A stretch of 64,000 bases of DNA from Octopus sinensis (taxonomy: Eukaryota). Positions 42,626 to 55,706 of this stretch are shown here, piece after piece. Below the pieces are notes generated by a model. It was not told the origin of the DNA. It worked only from the letters and a program-made list of their open reading frames with translations, and did no database searches. The translations under genes and the position numbers were made by a program. How positions within the stretch are numbered: position 1 is the stretch's first letter; each line of letters starts with the position of its first letter. The stretch covers positions 43,586,001 through 43,650,000 of the forward strand of contig NC_043009.1 of NCBI RefSeq assembly GCF_006345805.1, written 5' to 3'.

Positions 42626-43391
42626 CGTACATATAAATACGTATATAAATATATATCTAATATATATATATATATAAATATATATATATACACGCACATA
42701 TATGCATGCATACACATACACACACATAATGCATAAATATATACATATATTGAGTGTGTGTGTATGTGTGTGTGTGTAAACATGCAGGTGTATGGCACTT
42801 CATAGGATCCGACACACCTTTTTTAAAAGGCACACACACACACACACACGTACATACACGCACACACACACACACACACACATACACACATACAGTCGTT
42901 CTCCGTAGCCAGTGTTGAAAGGATTATGTGTGGGGGGGTAGGTAGCGAAGGAAGGAACGGAAAGAGAAGAATAGAAAATAAAAAAAAGGAAGTAAAGAGA
43001 AAAAGGAGAGCGAGAGAAAGAGAGAAAAAAAAAGAAAGAGATGGGTAATGGTGGGAGGGAGAGAGAGAGGGGAAGCTGAAGTGATTGTGTAAGGATTGAC
43101 ATAGGTAAAGGAAGTGAAAGGGAGGAAAAGTGAAAGAGAGAGAGAGTGAGAGAGAGAGAGAGAAACGGGAGTTATTATTGAGAAGGAATAACAAAGGATT
43201 GAGTAAGGATCACAGGGAGAATGATAGACATAATAGGAGCGAGGAAAAGAGGGAGAGGAAGAAAGAGTATTTGAAGTGTTTTTAAAACGAATCGAGATAC
43301 ATACACACCTACCTACATACATACATGCATGTAAGCATGTATATACATTCATACACTATAAATAAATTTTATGCACATACATTTGTATGTA

Positions 43392-43429
<38 letters not shown>

Positions 43430-43485
43430 TTTATACATATATATTTGTATGCATATATATATATATATATTATATATATATACAT

Positions 43486-43646
43486 CACCTTTAGTCGATC
43501 AAATCGACCCCAGCACATATTCTTTGTAAGTCTAGCTCTTATCCTATCGTTCACTTTTGCCGATGGCTAAGTTACGGGGACATAAATACACCAACATCGG
43601 TTGTCAAGCGATGGTAGGGGGACATACACAAACATACAGACACACA

Positions 43647-43711
<65 letters not shown>

Positions 43712-43888
43712 TTAAGTAGACAAATGAATTATCTATTACGGATAAGTCGAAAGATAACCGATACCTGGGTAGCAAAATTCACAACAGAAAGGGCACTGTT
43801 GAAGTTACGACCATAGGGCATATGTCGAAAATAAAATAAAGGAATTTTGTTGAATCTTCGTTCAGCTCCATTCTTTCCTATACTTTAT

Positions 43889-43932
<44 letters not shown>

Positions 43933-44010
43933 GACGGGCTTCTTTCAGTTTCCGTCTACCAAGTCCACTAACAAGGCTTTGGTCGGCCCGAGGTTATAGT
44001 AGAAGACTAT
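43486..44010 (-). mobile_element. SINE type A with long internal (TA)n and an inserted segment
   Basis: Tail at 43486-43630 and body acgacgggcttctttcagtttccgtctacc at about 43930-44010. Confidence 0.7.
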
Positions 44011-44119
44011 AACCTCCACATCGTTCTTTGTTTGCCGAACAGCTTTTTGATGGGGACATAAACAAACCTACACCGGTCAGTAAGGTGCAAGGTGACAAAC
44101 GCAAGTACCTACCACGTGC

Positions 44120-44181
<62 letters not shown>

Positions 44182-44260
44182 ATATATTATATAATATATA
44201 TATATATATATACATACATACACCACACACACACACACCATATATATATATATATATATA

Positions 44261-44392
44261 TACACACGTTCACTGAATCAACGACCGAGAACTTTCTGAG
44301 AAAACACTTGCCAACTTTTGCAAAGGACAAAATTCAAAATTTCTTGGTTACTTATATAATAATTTCACAGCTTAGGAAATGTGTGTATGCAA

Positions 44393-44479
<87 letters not shown>

Positions 44480-44630
44480 ATATACATACGCACCTGCATG
44501 CATGCATGCATGTGTATACGCACGTCACGAGAGGCCGATCGATTATCAAACGTTTTGGACTATAAAGCCTTCCTTGTCTACCCTTGTGTACTCTTGCTTA
44601 TGTACTCACATACATACACACACCACACAC

Positions 44631-44662
<32 letters not shown>

Positions 44663-44797
44663 CACACGTTCACTGAATCAACGACCGAGAACTTTCTGAG
44701 AAAACACTTGCCAACTTTTGCAAAGGACAAAATTCAAAATTTCTTGGTTACTTATATAATAATTTCACAGCTTAGGAAATGTGTGTATGCAATATCT

Positions 44798-44865
<68 letters not shown>

Positions 44866-45032
44866 ATCTATCTATCTATCTATCATCTTTATATACATAC
44901 GCACCTGCATGCATGCATGCATGTGTATACGCACGTCACGAGAGGCCGATCGATTATCAAACGTTTTGGACTATAAAGCCTTCCTTGTCTACCCTTGTGT
45001 ACTCTTGCTTATGTACTCACATACATACACAC
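44261..45032. repeat. Direct duplication, period about 400 bp
   Basis: tacacacgttcactgaatca starts at 44261 and 44661; non-microsatellite parts look identical. Confidence 0.95.
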
Positions 45033-45304
45033 ACATACATACATACATACATACATACATACATACATACATACATACATACATACATACATTAATACAC
45101 GCACACATACGTCCGTATGTACGCATTCAAAGAAAGATGGTAAAAACGTCGAGTTTGAATTTGAAGTGTGATCGGCGGGAAATCTTAAGTTTGGTTTCTT
45201 TTCCGTCTATCACAGCGGAACATCTATAGTTCAAACGTTATATATATATATATTACACACATAGACACACACACATTATATATAAACGGGTGGATGTGTA
45301 CGTG

Positions 45305-45366
<62 letters not shown>

Positions 45367-45642
45367 TACACACGCACACCCATCCACCCGTTTGTTAAGC
45401 GGAATATCGGAATAAAGCACCCGAAAACAAAGATATCAGAGACACCCTCATTTCAAACCTAAAACATGAAATATAGCCAATAATAATAATAATAACAAGG
45501 TAACCACCCTTAATGTAATAACCATATAAAGGGTTGTTTTTTCTTTCCCCTTGTTCCTCTGTCTTCTCACGGTTTTTGTTCTAAGATTTCTTTGTCGGGT
45601 CGAACGTTTTGCATGCAAAATGCACTGTACACGTGTTTAGTG

Positions 45643-45673
<31 letters not shown>

Positions 45674-45787
45674 TATATATTATATATATATATATGTTTG
45701 TGCGTGCGTATGATGGTGTGTGTGTGTGCTTGTATGTATGTATGTGAACCTCACCTGCCTGGTTGAATGAATATAGCAACATATCTA

Positions 45788-45854
<67 letters not shown>

Positions 45855-47071
45855 ATGCATTCATATATATACATACACATACGAAAGTAGCTACGGACGA
45901 ATGCCTAAACACAAATATGTAATATATATACACACATTGAATGTTTCATAAGCTACATCATACACAGGTAAGACATCAAACAGATATTAGCCGAAAGGAA
46001 GGTGAAAAAAAAAAAGGTAACAAATAAGGCTTTAGAACATAGTTGAATTCACTCGAATAAACCAAAGCGGCTTATTATTATGACTATTATTATTATTATT
46101 ATTATTATCATTATTACAAAAAATTATTATCATGTGGTTCACTCGACCTTGTAAAAAAAGTGGAAGCCAAATCTATTTGAAATTATACACTTACGCATTA
46201 AAAACACAAGGAAGCATTGTCTGGCGAAGAATAGTAAAGCGTGATGGTCATAGCTAGATTGTCATTTGACCATAGTTATGGTTGATCAGAACTGATCCGT
46301 AGTTTAAACAACAACAACAACAACAACAACAACACGATGGGAAGGGGGCAATCGATCTTTTTTTAGAAATAGCAATCAAATCTCCCTCAAATCACACATA
46401 ATAGCATATATAAGTAAAGCCATATAATGCAGTCCCAGACACGCAATATCTTAAAACAACAGTCTGTATCTGGATGGTCACGGATGGAACGTCGTTAATG
46501 ATATATCAAATAGTTCGATCAGACCTCACTTGAGACCAATCAAGATAGATAAATCACAGAATCGACGACAATTTGTTGTTTTTTTTATTATTTTATTTCC
46601 GATAATAAAAGTTTATCGGATGTTGACAAAAGGAATATTTTTTTATCGATTTATCGAACTAGTCATTCAATATAACCAATATAAATATTGTAACTGTTTA
46701 ATTAGTTCAATAAAAACTTAAATAACCCTAACCCTAATTCAATAAATACTTAAATAAAAGGGTACTTAATCCAGCGGGTGTTTACATGTGTCTGCAAGCT
46801 GATTTCTGGGTACCTACACTCATAACTGTCTATCTACATCGATTATATATCTATCTACACACACACATACACACAAATATATATATATATACACACTCAT
46901 ATATACATATTTATAGGTACATATACTTCTTCACGTACAAACTACATTATGCATACATACTTATACATATATGTACCTACACACTGAAATATACAAATAC
47001 ATATATTTTTATACTCAAATACAAACTTTCACACTCATATACAGACGTGTATATATGTGTGTGCATGTATG

Positions 47072-47131
<60 letters not shown>

Positions 47132-47811
47132 ACGGGAAGGTTTACACATATACATACGAGTGGACAAACGAAAGAAGGGCGCTCAACCAATTCACTTACG
47201 TAGATCTTTATTAACTAAAAAGTTTGAATTCTAACTGAAGTGTAGCTGGTCCTTTCATCCTATCGGGGCTACTAAAACAAACACTAGGGTCCCATTAAAC
47301 GAATGCTATCCCCCACCCCATCTAACAAAATCCGTGGACCTTGGCATTTCAATAGAAACTATTTTAAAATTAGACAAAGTTACCTCTACCAAGTTCAAAG
47401 TTCGTTAATATCACCTTTATCTTTCATCCTTCCGGGGTCGTTGAGGGGGAAAAAAACCCCAATGAAATCCGGGAGTTTCACAGAAATTAACCTTTCCTTT
47501 CAGAACGTTCAAGCTCGTGCCCTTGTAAAATCCACACACCTAGATCGTTGGAATAGCTAGAAATAGCGCCAAATCTCCTTTATTTTGCGCCCAACGGTTT
47601 TTTTTTTAAAGGAATGATATCTTAGGCAATGTAATTCTAAAGATGCAAAAGCCAGGATAATCACGGTTGGTGTGTTACCTTTCATAGATTTATTCGATCG
47701 GAGCTGATTTGGGGGTTAAAACAACAGCAGCATCACATTTTAATCTTAAATATCAGCAACATTACTGTTATTGTTTTGTGGGGTTAATAACATAAATACA
47801 TAAGTACCAGT

Positions 47812-48035
47812 GAAACACGGGAGTCGATGGTACCGACTAAGACCTTCCCCTCAAAAATTCTAAGCTTTTGCCAAAATTTCAAGCTATCATTAGAATGGCA
47901 AGCTGGCGGAATTGTTTAGACATTGGGAAAATGCTTTCTGGTATTTACGGATATAAAATAAATTTGATCTCGGTAGGATTTGAACTCAGAGCGCGAAGTT
48001 GTAACTGATATCGAAAGTCATTTTATCCAACGCTC
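47812..48035 (-). mobile_element. SINE type B fragments
   Basis: aagtaccagtgaaacacgggagtcgat tail and ggatttgaactcaga B box on minus strand. Confidence 0.5.
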
Positions 48036-48087
48036 CTTGTTAGAAATAATCATCTGGGTTCTCCTCAATAAATCGGGGCTCCCCATT

Positions 48088-48127
48088 AACAGTTTCTAGT
48101 CTTCTTAGGCCTTCATCAGAGAAGGAC
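48088..48127 (-). ncRNA. Decayed copy of the same hammerhead-like motif
   Basis: Minus strand TTCT CTGATGA A GGCC taagaa GACT A GAAAC T GTT; stem I partner lost. Confidence 0.4.
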
Positions 48128-48435
48128 AGAAATTTTTTTTTTCTTGTCTACTTAAAGATTAATTTTGGACTCAACTAAACTGGTTTGCTTAATTTGCATA
48201 ACAATGCATGCGTTGACAACATGAATTGATTAGTTTATGGTTACACCCCAGAACGTTTTTAGTTCATTTGAAAAATAAGTTATACCGTTTTTAAATAAAC
48301 ATACAAGCTTACCCATAACAAAATCTGACTGACCAGTTCAACTGATTCCTACTTCGTATGTACTATAAGCTACTATATGTGTGCTATATACTGCTATAAC
48401 TACTAATTTCATTGTGGACAGAAGACGGACATCCT

Positions 48436-48476
48436 TTCTCTGACGAGGGTCTAAAACGACCAGAAACTAGTTAGGA
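48436..48476 (+). ncRNA. Minimal type I hammerhead-like motif (Penelope-type)
   Basis: TTCT CTGACGA G GGTC taaaac GACC A GAAA C ta G T T AGGA; 4-bp stem I, palindromic AACTAGTT stem III, G.A at the base of stem II. Confidence 0.5.
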
Positions 48477-48881
48477 CGATTCTACTTTTTTCACACACAC
48501 ACATATCTATTATATCTCTGTGTGGATTGTACCGTCGTGAAACCAGGATTTTCTACACCTGAAAAATTTCGTTATTAGTCTGGAATCCGATAGTATCGAT
48601 AGCCCAGAACTCGGGGTGAGTGTTGCATTGGGAATACCCTATCTTTGGACCTTACCGAGACCTTAGTGTGTGCGTGTGGTTTTGAGCATGTGGTGTAGTG
48701 TTATCACTTAACTTTTCATTATGTTGCACAATGATATTAAACCGTTACCAAGATTTCACATTATACATGCAATCACAATCATAAAAATGTGTGTGTTTGG
48801 GCGCGTGCGTGTATACTTGTACGTTGCTTGATGTCGAACGAATGACAAAGGAAGGCAGGAGTGCTCAATACACGTTGCAGA

Positions 48882-48935
<54 letters not shown>

Positions 48936-49601
48936 AAACTGTATGTGTATATGTGTGGTCATGCGCTAAGCCGTACTCGCCGACATTCACTCATGTAGCT
49001 ATTGTCCAGTTAGTGCCAGGTCTGACCTGGGGGTCAACATAAACAACATGTCATAACCTCAGTAACAGCATACAAGACGAGAATCTCAGTGGAGTGGATG
49101 ATAATTAGAGGACTAAATGAACCCTGATATTTTACTGGTACTTTATTTTATCGACTTGAAGGGCTGAAAGGCGAAGCCAATACTGGCCTTACTTGAACCC
49201 GGACCATAAAATTACCACAAAACATTAGTTAGTTCCTATATAGCAACAAGTGAGCTATAGCGTCGTTATTTACAGGTTCCTATCAGAGGTCAGTTACTGG
49301 CTCACATTTCCGACTGTTACAGTGACAAAGGGAGTGTCTGTTACACAGTGCAGAACAACTATCATAAAGCACTGTCCGATAATCTACCGATTGTGCCACT
49401 TCAATACCAAAGGACTGTGTAAAGTGATCGTTAAATCTGCTAGAAATAACAGTCAAAGTTCGCTTAATTTACGCCCTGTCGTATTGAAAGACAGAATGTA
49501 TAAGATTTTATTGTTAAAGTTTATGTGCAATAAATTGATTATATACTTCTAAAATACACAAAATATTTAAAAAAAAAGTTTTTATGCAATTCCTAAAAAT
49601 G

Positions 49602-49643
<42 letters not shown>

Positions 49644-49901
49644 TCTGTTGTGTCTGGGGAGAGTCATTTTCTTTTTGTGCCTTATAGTATAACACACTCA
49701 CCGGTAAAATTTCCACTTTTTTCTTATTTGTATTTTTCTAAAAGTTTCGTTGCGTCTTGCAACCTTTTCAATAGTTTTGACTCTCAAAGGCACAAAAAGA
49801 AAATGACTCTCCCCAGACACGACAGAATATGCTTCAACACACGAACTCATATAAAGAACCTTGCAAACCGAATCCAAAAACGAAAGATAATAATAGTAAT
49901 T

Positions 49902-50102
49902 ATTATTTCTTTACTACCCGCAAGGGGCTAAACACAGAGAGGACAAACAAGGACAGACAAACGGACCAAGTCGATTATATCGACCCCAGTGTGTAACTGG
50001 TACTTAATTACGCACTGGGGTCGATATAATCGACTTGATCCGTTTGTCTGTCCTTGTTTGTCCTCTCTGTGTTTAGCCCCTTGTGGGTAGTAAAGAAATA
50101 AT
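49902..50102. repeat. 95-bp inverted repeat of two SINE type B tails, 11-nt spacer
   Basis: 49902-49996 versus 50008-50102, three mismatches. Confidence 0.95.
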
Positions 50103-50137
<35 letters not shown>

Positions 50138-50180
50138 TGATAATAATAATACACACGCACACACACATTCACATCGATCT

Positions 50181-50253
50181 GCAAAAACTGGTTGAGGATC
50201 ACTGCTTTCAAGGCAAAAACTGGTTGAGGATCACTGCTTTCAAGGCAAAAACT
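50181..50253. repeat. 32-bp direct tandem repeat, 2.3 units
   Basis: gcaaaaactggttgaggatcactgctttcaag at 50181 and 50213. Confidence 0.95.
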
Positions 50254-50439
50254 ATTTACAGCATATGTAACAGAGATAAAACAATATCCAGGACAAGAGT
50301 GTCATAGGTGGAATGTCATCGATGAGGTGGCGGAATGTCATCGAGAGAAGGACTTTGACGAATCTAGCCGATTCACTGATTGGCCGAACGATTATAGTTA
50401 ATTGGTTAGATAATTGAATAATATTAATAATAATCCTTT

Positions 50440-50650
50440 CTACTAATAGGCACAAGGTCTGAAATTTGGTGGGGTTGGGGTAAAGTCAGTTACATCGAAC
50501 ACAGTGCATAACTGGTACTTAATTCATCGACCCCGAAAGGATGAAAGGCAAAGTGGACCTCGGCGGAATTTGAACTCAGAATGTAAAGACGGACGAAATG
50601 TCGCCAAGCATTTTTCCGGTGTGCTAACTATTCTGCCAGCTCGTTACCTT
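50440..50650 (-). mobile_element. SINE type B monomer
   Basis: aggcacaaggtctgaaattt...actggtacttaattcatcgaccccgaaaggatgaaaggc...ctgccagctcg. Confidence 0.8.
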
Positions 50651-50666
50651 TATAATAATAGTTGTA

Positions 50667-50702
<36 letters not shown>

Positions 50703-51888
50703 GAAGTGACATAGAACCAGTGCGTGTGTCATTATTGGCATAGTGACCCTCCCGAGATAGAAAAAACAAAATATGTTTCTTCAACACATGGTTTCACATC
50801 AAGAACCAAGTAAACAAAAGCAAAAAGCTAAATTATGAGTAACGTTTGATTATACTTACAAGACGAAACACAACAACATGATGGGGTGGGTGGGGGATAA
50901 ACGATTAGTAAAAAAAATACCAAAAAAAAAGGAAAGAAAATGACCCCAGCTGACCTTCATTCGGGTCATCGCGGTCAACAATTGACATATCTCAACTTCC
51001 GAAACAGAGACGGACATTACTACTGTATGTCAAGTAATATACAGCAGGGCATCGCGTTTGCATGACCACCACCATGGGGGCGGCCGCCGCTGCCACCGCC
51101 ACCGCCACATAAAAATAACTGAAAAGGGTCATAGCCGGAACGCCTTTTGATCATTGTTTCGCTAGATGACCAGGGGCCGCCAAACAATAGCAACTAGAAT
51201 AACCATATCTCCATCATCATCATCATTTATTGATTCATACAGCTAAGAGTTACAAACACACATGTATACACACACACATGCACACACACGCATAGATACA
51301 CACACACACACATACACACACACACACAGACGTTCTCGTACGACGATCGCTGATTACGAAATTCGCGTTTTACTGTCTTGGAATGGATTCATGAATGAAG
51401 TTGCTAGCAACTGGAGTAAGGGGGAGGAGGAGGAGGAGGTTTAGACAATGTGTGTGCGTGTGTGTGTATGTCTGGTGGTGGCAGTAGGAGGAGAAAAAGA
51501 GAGGGTAGAAAGAGAGAGAGTTAATGAGAAGATGAAATAAGAGTGTGTGAGAAATATAGTTTGTGTGTATGTGTGTGTGTGTGACGTAAACGGACACTGA
51601 ATTGTGTGAGAACAGAGCAACCCCACCCCCACGTCAACAGACATGTAGTACTCCAGCATGGTCACTTTTCACTGGATAGATCCAAATTTTAGACTGGTTT
51701 ATATCAAACGTTTGTACGAAGACTAAAGTGTGTATATGATTGTGTGTGTGTATGAGAGAGAGACAGACAGAGATAGAAAGTGAGGAAAAAATCTATGGAA
51801 AACCGATATATTTTATCATATTACATCATTATGTATGTATGTATGTATGTATGTATGTATGTATGTATGTGTGTGTGTTTTCTTTATC

Positions 51889-52090
51889 TTCCACTCGTTT
51901 CAGTCGTTGAACTGCGGCCATGCTGGAACATCGCCTCGAAGGGTTTAGTCGAACAAAATCGATCTTAGTACTAGTTTTTCTCTGTTTTTTTATTTCCAGC
52001 CGGGTAATTATTTTGTCGACCGCTTTTGCCGCCGGACCGCTGTGTCACGGGGACGTAAACAAACCAGCACCGGTTATCAGTGACAGAGGT
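51889..52090 (-). mobile_element. SINE type A 3' fragment
   Basis: gcggccatgctggaacatcgcc...ggggacgtaaacaaacc. Confidence 0.7.
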
Positions 52091-52103
52091 GGGACAAATA
52101 TAC

Positions 52104-52135
<32 letters not shown>

Positions 52136-52308
52136 ACGGGAAACTTTATGAAAATAAACAAAAGACGAAGGCAGGTGGAATACAAACAAACAATTGTATT
52201 AGTATGGCGCTCAGGAATATAAATAAAACAAGTCTTTTATGTTTCGAGCCTACGCTCTTCAACAGAAAGATACACAGAAAAGAAATGCAGAGAGAGAGTG
52301 AGAAAGAG

Positions 52309-52345
<37 letters not shown>

Positions 52346-52771
52346 GAAAAAGAAAACTAATGTCAAAGACAGGAAAGGACGAAATGACCGATAAAGACGG
52401 ATTAAAGTGATGGAATTCGCTTGGAATGGAATGGTAAGGCGTGTGTGGTGTTACAAAGTGGAGGGGAAGGCGAAGCGATAATCCTTAAAGGCGCACGCCC
52501 TCACATCCTCATTCCTCTATCAAAAGCAAAATAAAATAAAATATATAATAATAATAATAATAATACTAGATAAAAATAAATAAGCGTAGGACGGACGAAG
52601 AAATAACGGATGCATATTCATTTGTCCTCTGTTTCAAAAAGCAGAGAAGCATACATAGATACACAAACAATCACACACAGTTCTTCTGAAAACAAAACCG
52701 TGTTTATCAAAAGACCGAATCCAGTTTCCGTAATGCTTAAAAGTTACAACATTCACTGAGAGGGAGAGGAT

Positions 52772-53170
52772 AATATTCTTTTCTACTCTAGGCACAAGGC
52801 CCGAAATTTTCGGGGACGGGGGCCAGTCGATTAGATCGACGCCAGTACGTAACTGGTACTTAATTCATCGACCCCGAAAGGATGAAAGACAAAGTCGGCC
52901 ATGGCGGAATTTGAACTCAGAGCATAAAGACAGACGAAATACCTATTTCTTTATTACCCACAAGGGGCTAAACACAGAGGGGACAGACATAGGTATTAAG
53001 TGCGTAACTGGTACTTGATTTATCGACCCCGAAAGGATGAAAGGCAAAGTCGACCATGGCGGAATTTGAACTCAGAACGTAAACACAGACGAAATACCGC
53101 CAAGCATTTCGCCCGGCGTGCCAACGTTTCTTTACCCACAAGGGCCTAAACGTAGAGGGGACAAACAGGG
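52772..53170 (-). mobile_element. SINE type B head-to-tail dimer plus extra tail fragment
   Basis: Two bodies joined at gacgaaata|cctatttcttt (52933-52950). Confidence 0.8.
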
Positions 53171-53766
53171 ACAGATGTACCAGTTGTAACTTGGGGGGGA
53201 GTGAACAACAACAATAACAAGAAATAATGATTTCTGATTTAAGTACAAGGCCAGCAAATTTTAAAGGAAGCGGTGTCAGTCGATTATATCGACATCAGTA
53301 CTAACTAACCTACTACTTTATTTCATCGAACCCCCCTCCCCCACCGAGCGATGGAACGGTAAAGCTGACCCGTGCGGGATTCGAACTCAGAACGTAAAGC
53401 CGGAAACGCGAAGAAAACTGTAAATATTTACTTCGTTCAATGAAACACAAATCCATTCATGTACACAAGAACCAAATCAATGGCGATTACTCTAATTTAA
53501 TTGCTAGAATTTCTTCTTCTTCTCCAGTAGTTAGCTGGTACTAAATAACTTTGTTGTTGATCAGTCGAAGAATATGTTTTTAATATAGTAACGGCGTTGT
53601 CTATCTTGTGCTTCATGCTCTCTCTCTCTCTCCTTGTCTGTCTGTCTATCTCTGTATATAATATCTTCTATGTCTGTGTGTTTGTGCCAATGGCAATTGC
53701 AAGGCAAAGCACTGAACACTTTTCTTTCCCCTTCCCGTTATAACGTGTAATAACATCATCAGCAGA

Positions 53767-53800
<34 letters not shown>

Positions 53801-53978
53801 ACACACAGAAAAGTTGTTTCTCCTTTTGTGTGCATGCGTGTGTATGTGTGTGTGTGTGTGCGTTTCTGTGTCTGCACTTCGTTTTTTCCACCCTCGTCAC
53901 CTCGTCATCTCTTCAGTCTTTTAGTACCACATATATAAATAATATATATATATAAATATACACACATACATACATACA

Positions 53979-54010
<32 letters not shown>

Positions 54011-54299
54011 CATACATGTACACCAATACGTGTGTGTATGTGTGTAGTGGAATGTTTTGGTTGAGTCACAGTGGCCAGTTACTCACTCACTCACTCGCTC
54101 ATACCATTTTTTCCCCCTGCCGCTTCGTTCCACCGTAAGAATGAATATAACGGAATTATCCAAGAATTTCATCGTTACATTTAAGACCTGCTTATTGAAC
54201 AGAATTTCTTGTGTTCCTAGAAACACACACACATACACATGTACATACACTCACACGTGTCTGTCTCTGTTTCTGTGTGTGGTGTGTGTGTGTGTGAGT

Positions 54300-54336
<37 letters not shown>

Positions 54337-54593
54337 TGTGGTGTGCTTGAATGGATGTGGAGCTATGTCGGATCGTCTGCCTTCAATCAATCTTTTTCTC
54401 GATCACTCGAACACACAAACACATAAAACAGAAAGAAAAACAAAAAATTACATTGTATACAAACACGTATTGTTTTCAAAACACATTGCATAGTTCCCAA
54501 TTCTATCGCCACCATCATCACCACCTCCATTTGCACTTCACTAACTACGGCCGTGGTAGCCACGATAACACCAGTGATGGAATTAATAAACAA

Positions 54594-55176
54594 ACAATAG
54601 GTACAAGGCCTGAAATTTTTAGAAGTAGGGACTAGTCGATTATGTCGAACCCCCGTGTTTCACTGGTACTTAATTTATCGATCCAGAAAGGATGAAAGAC
54701 AAAGTCGGCCACGACGGAATTTGAACTCAGAATGTAAGCGACGGACGAAACACCTATTTCTTTACTACCCACAAGGGGCTAAACACAGAGGAGACAAACA
54801 AGGACAGACAGACGGATTAAGTCGATTATGTCGAGCCCCTGTGTTTCACTGGTACTTAATTTATCGTCCCCGAAAGGATGAAAGGCAAAGTTGACCTCGG
54901 TGGAATTGTTTGAACTCAGAACGTAACGGCAGACGAAATACCTATTTCTTTACTACCCACAAGGGGCTAAACACAGGGGGGACAAACAAGGATAGACAAA
55001 CGGATTAAGTAGATTACATCGACCCCAGTGCGTAACTGGTACTTATTTAATCGACTCCGATAGGATGAAAGGCAAAGTGGACCTCGGCGGAATTTGAACT
55101 CAGAACGTTAAAGGCAGACGAAATACGGCCACGCATTTCGCCCGGCGTGCTAACGTTTCTGCCAGCTCATCGCCTT
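54594..55176 (-). mobile_element. SINE type B head-to-tail trimer
   Basis: Three bodies, about 188-nt period, same junction at 54744-54760 and 54932-54950, one head at 55125-55176. Confidence 0.85.
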
Positions 55177-55660
55177 AACAACAACAACAACAATGATAAT
55201 AATTATTATAACGACAATGGCAATGTAGTGTCCTTCTGTATTATTGTTCTTCTCCTCTCCTAGCACCAATATTGGATGGAATAAACAATAGAGACCGAAA
55301 CGTAAACCGCGAAGACCACCACCACCACCACCACCACTACCACCATCATCAATATTACTACTACTACTACTACCACGACTATTACTACTACTACTAGTGC
55401 TGCTGGAGATGAGGGAGAAGTGGGGTAGGGGGTAGAGAAGAAAAAGAAGAATAGAAGCCATTGGAATTCGATGTCGTTGATGTGAGACAGAAAAATGTGG
55501 CAAAGATAACGACATGATTCCAGCATCAGTATAGTACATAAATATATATACCAGTGTGTATGGATATACATACATATACGCACGCGTGCTCACACACAAC
55601 ACACACATATATATATATACACGTACGTACATATTGGTGTGTGTGTGTGGATAGATAAAC

Positions 55661-55706
<46 letters not shown>

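Noticed and set aside
47233-47300. CTGAAGT-GTAGC...GCTAC-TAAAAC hammerhead-like remnant
   Set aside because: Both core segments are mutated and there is no stem I.
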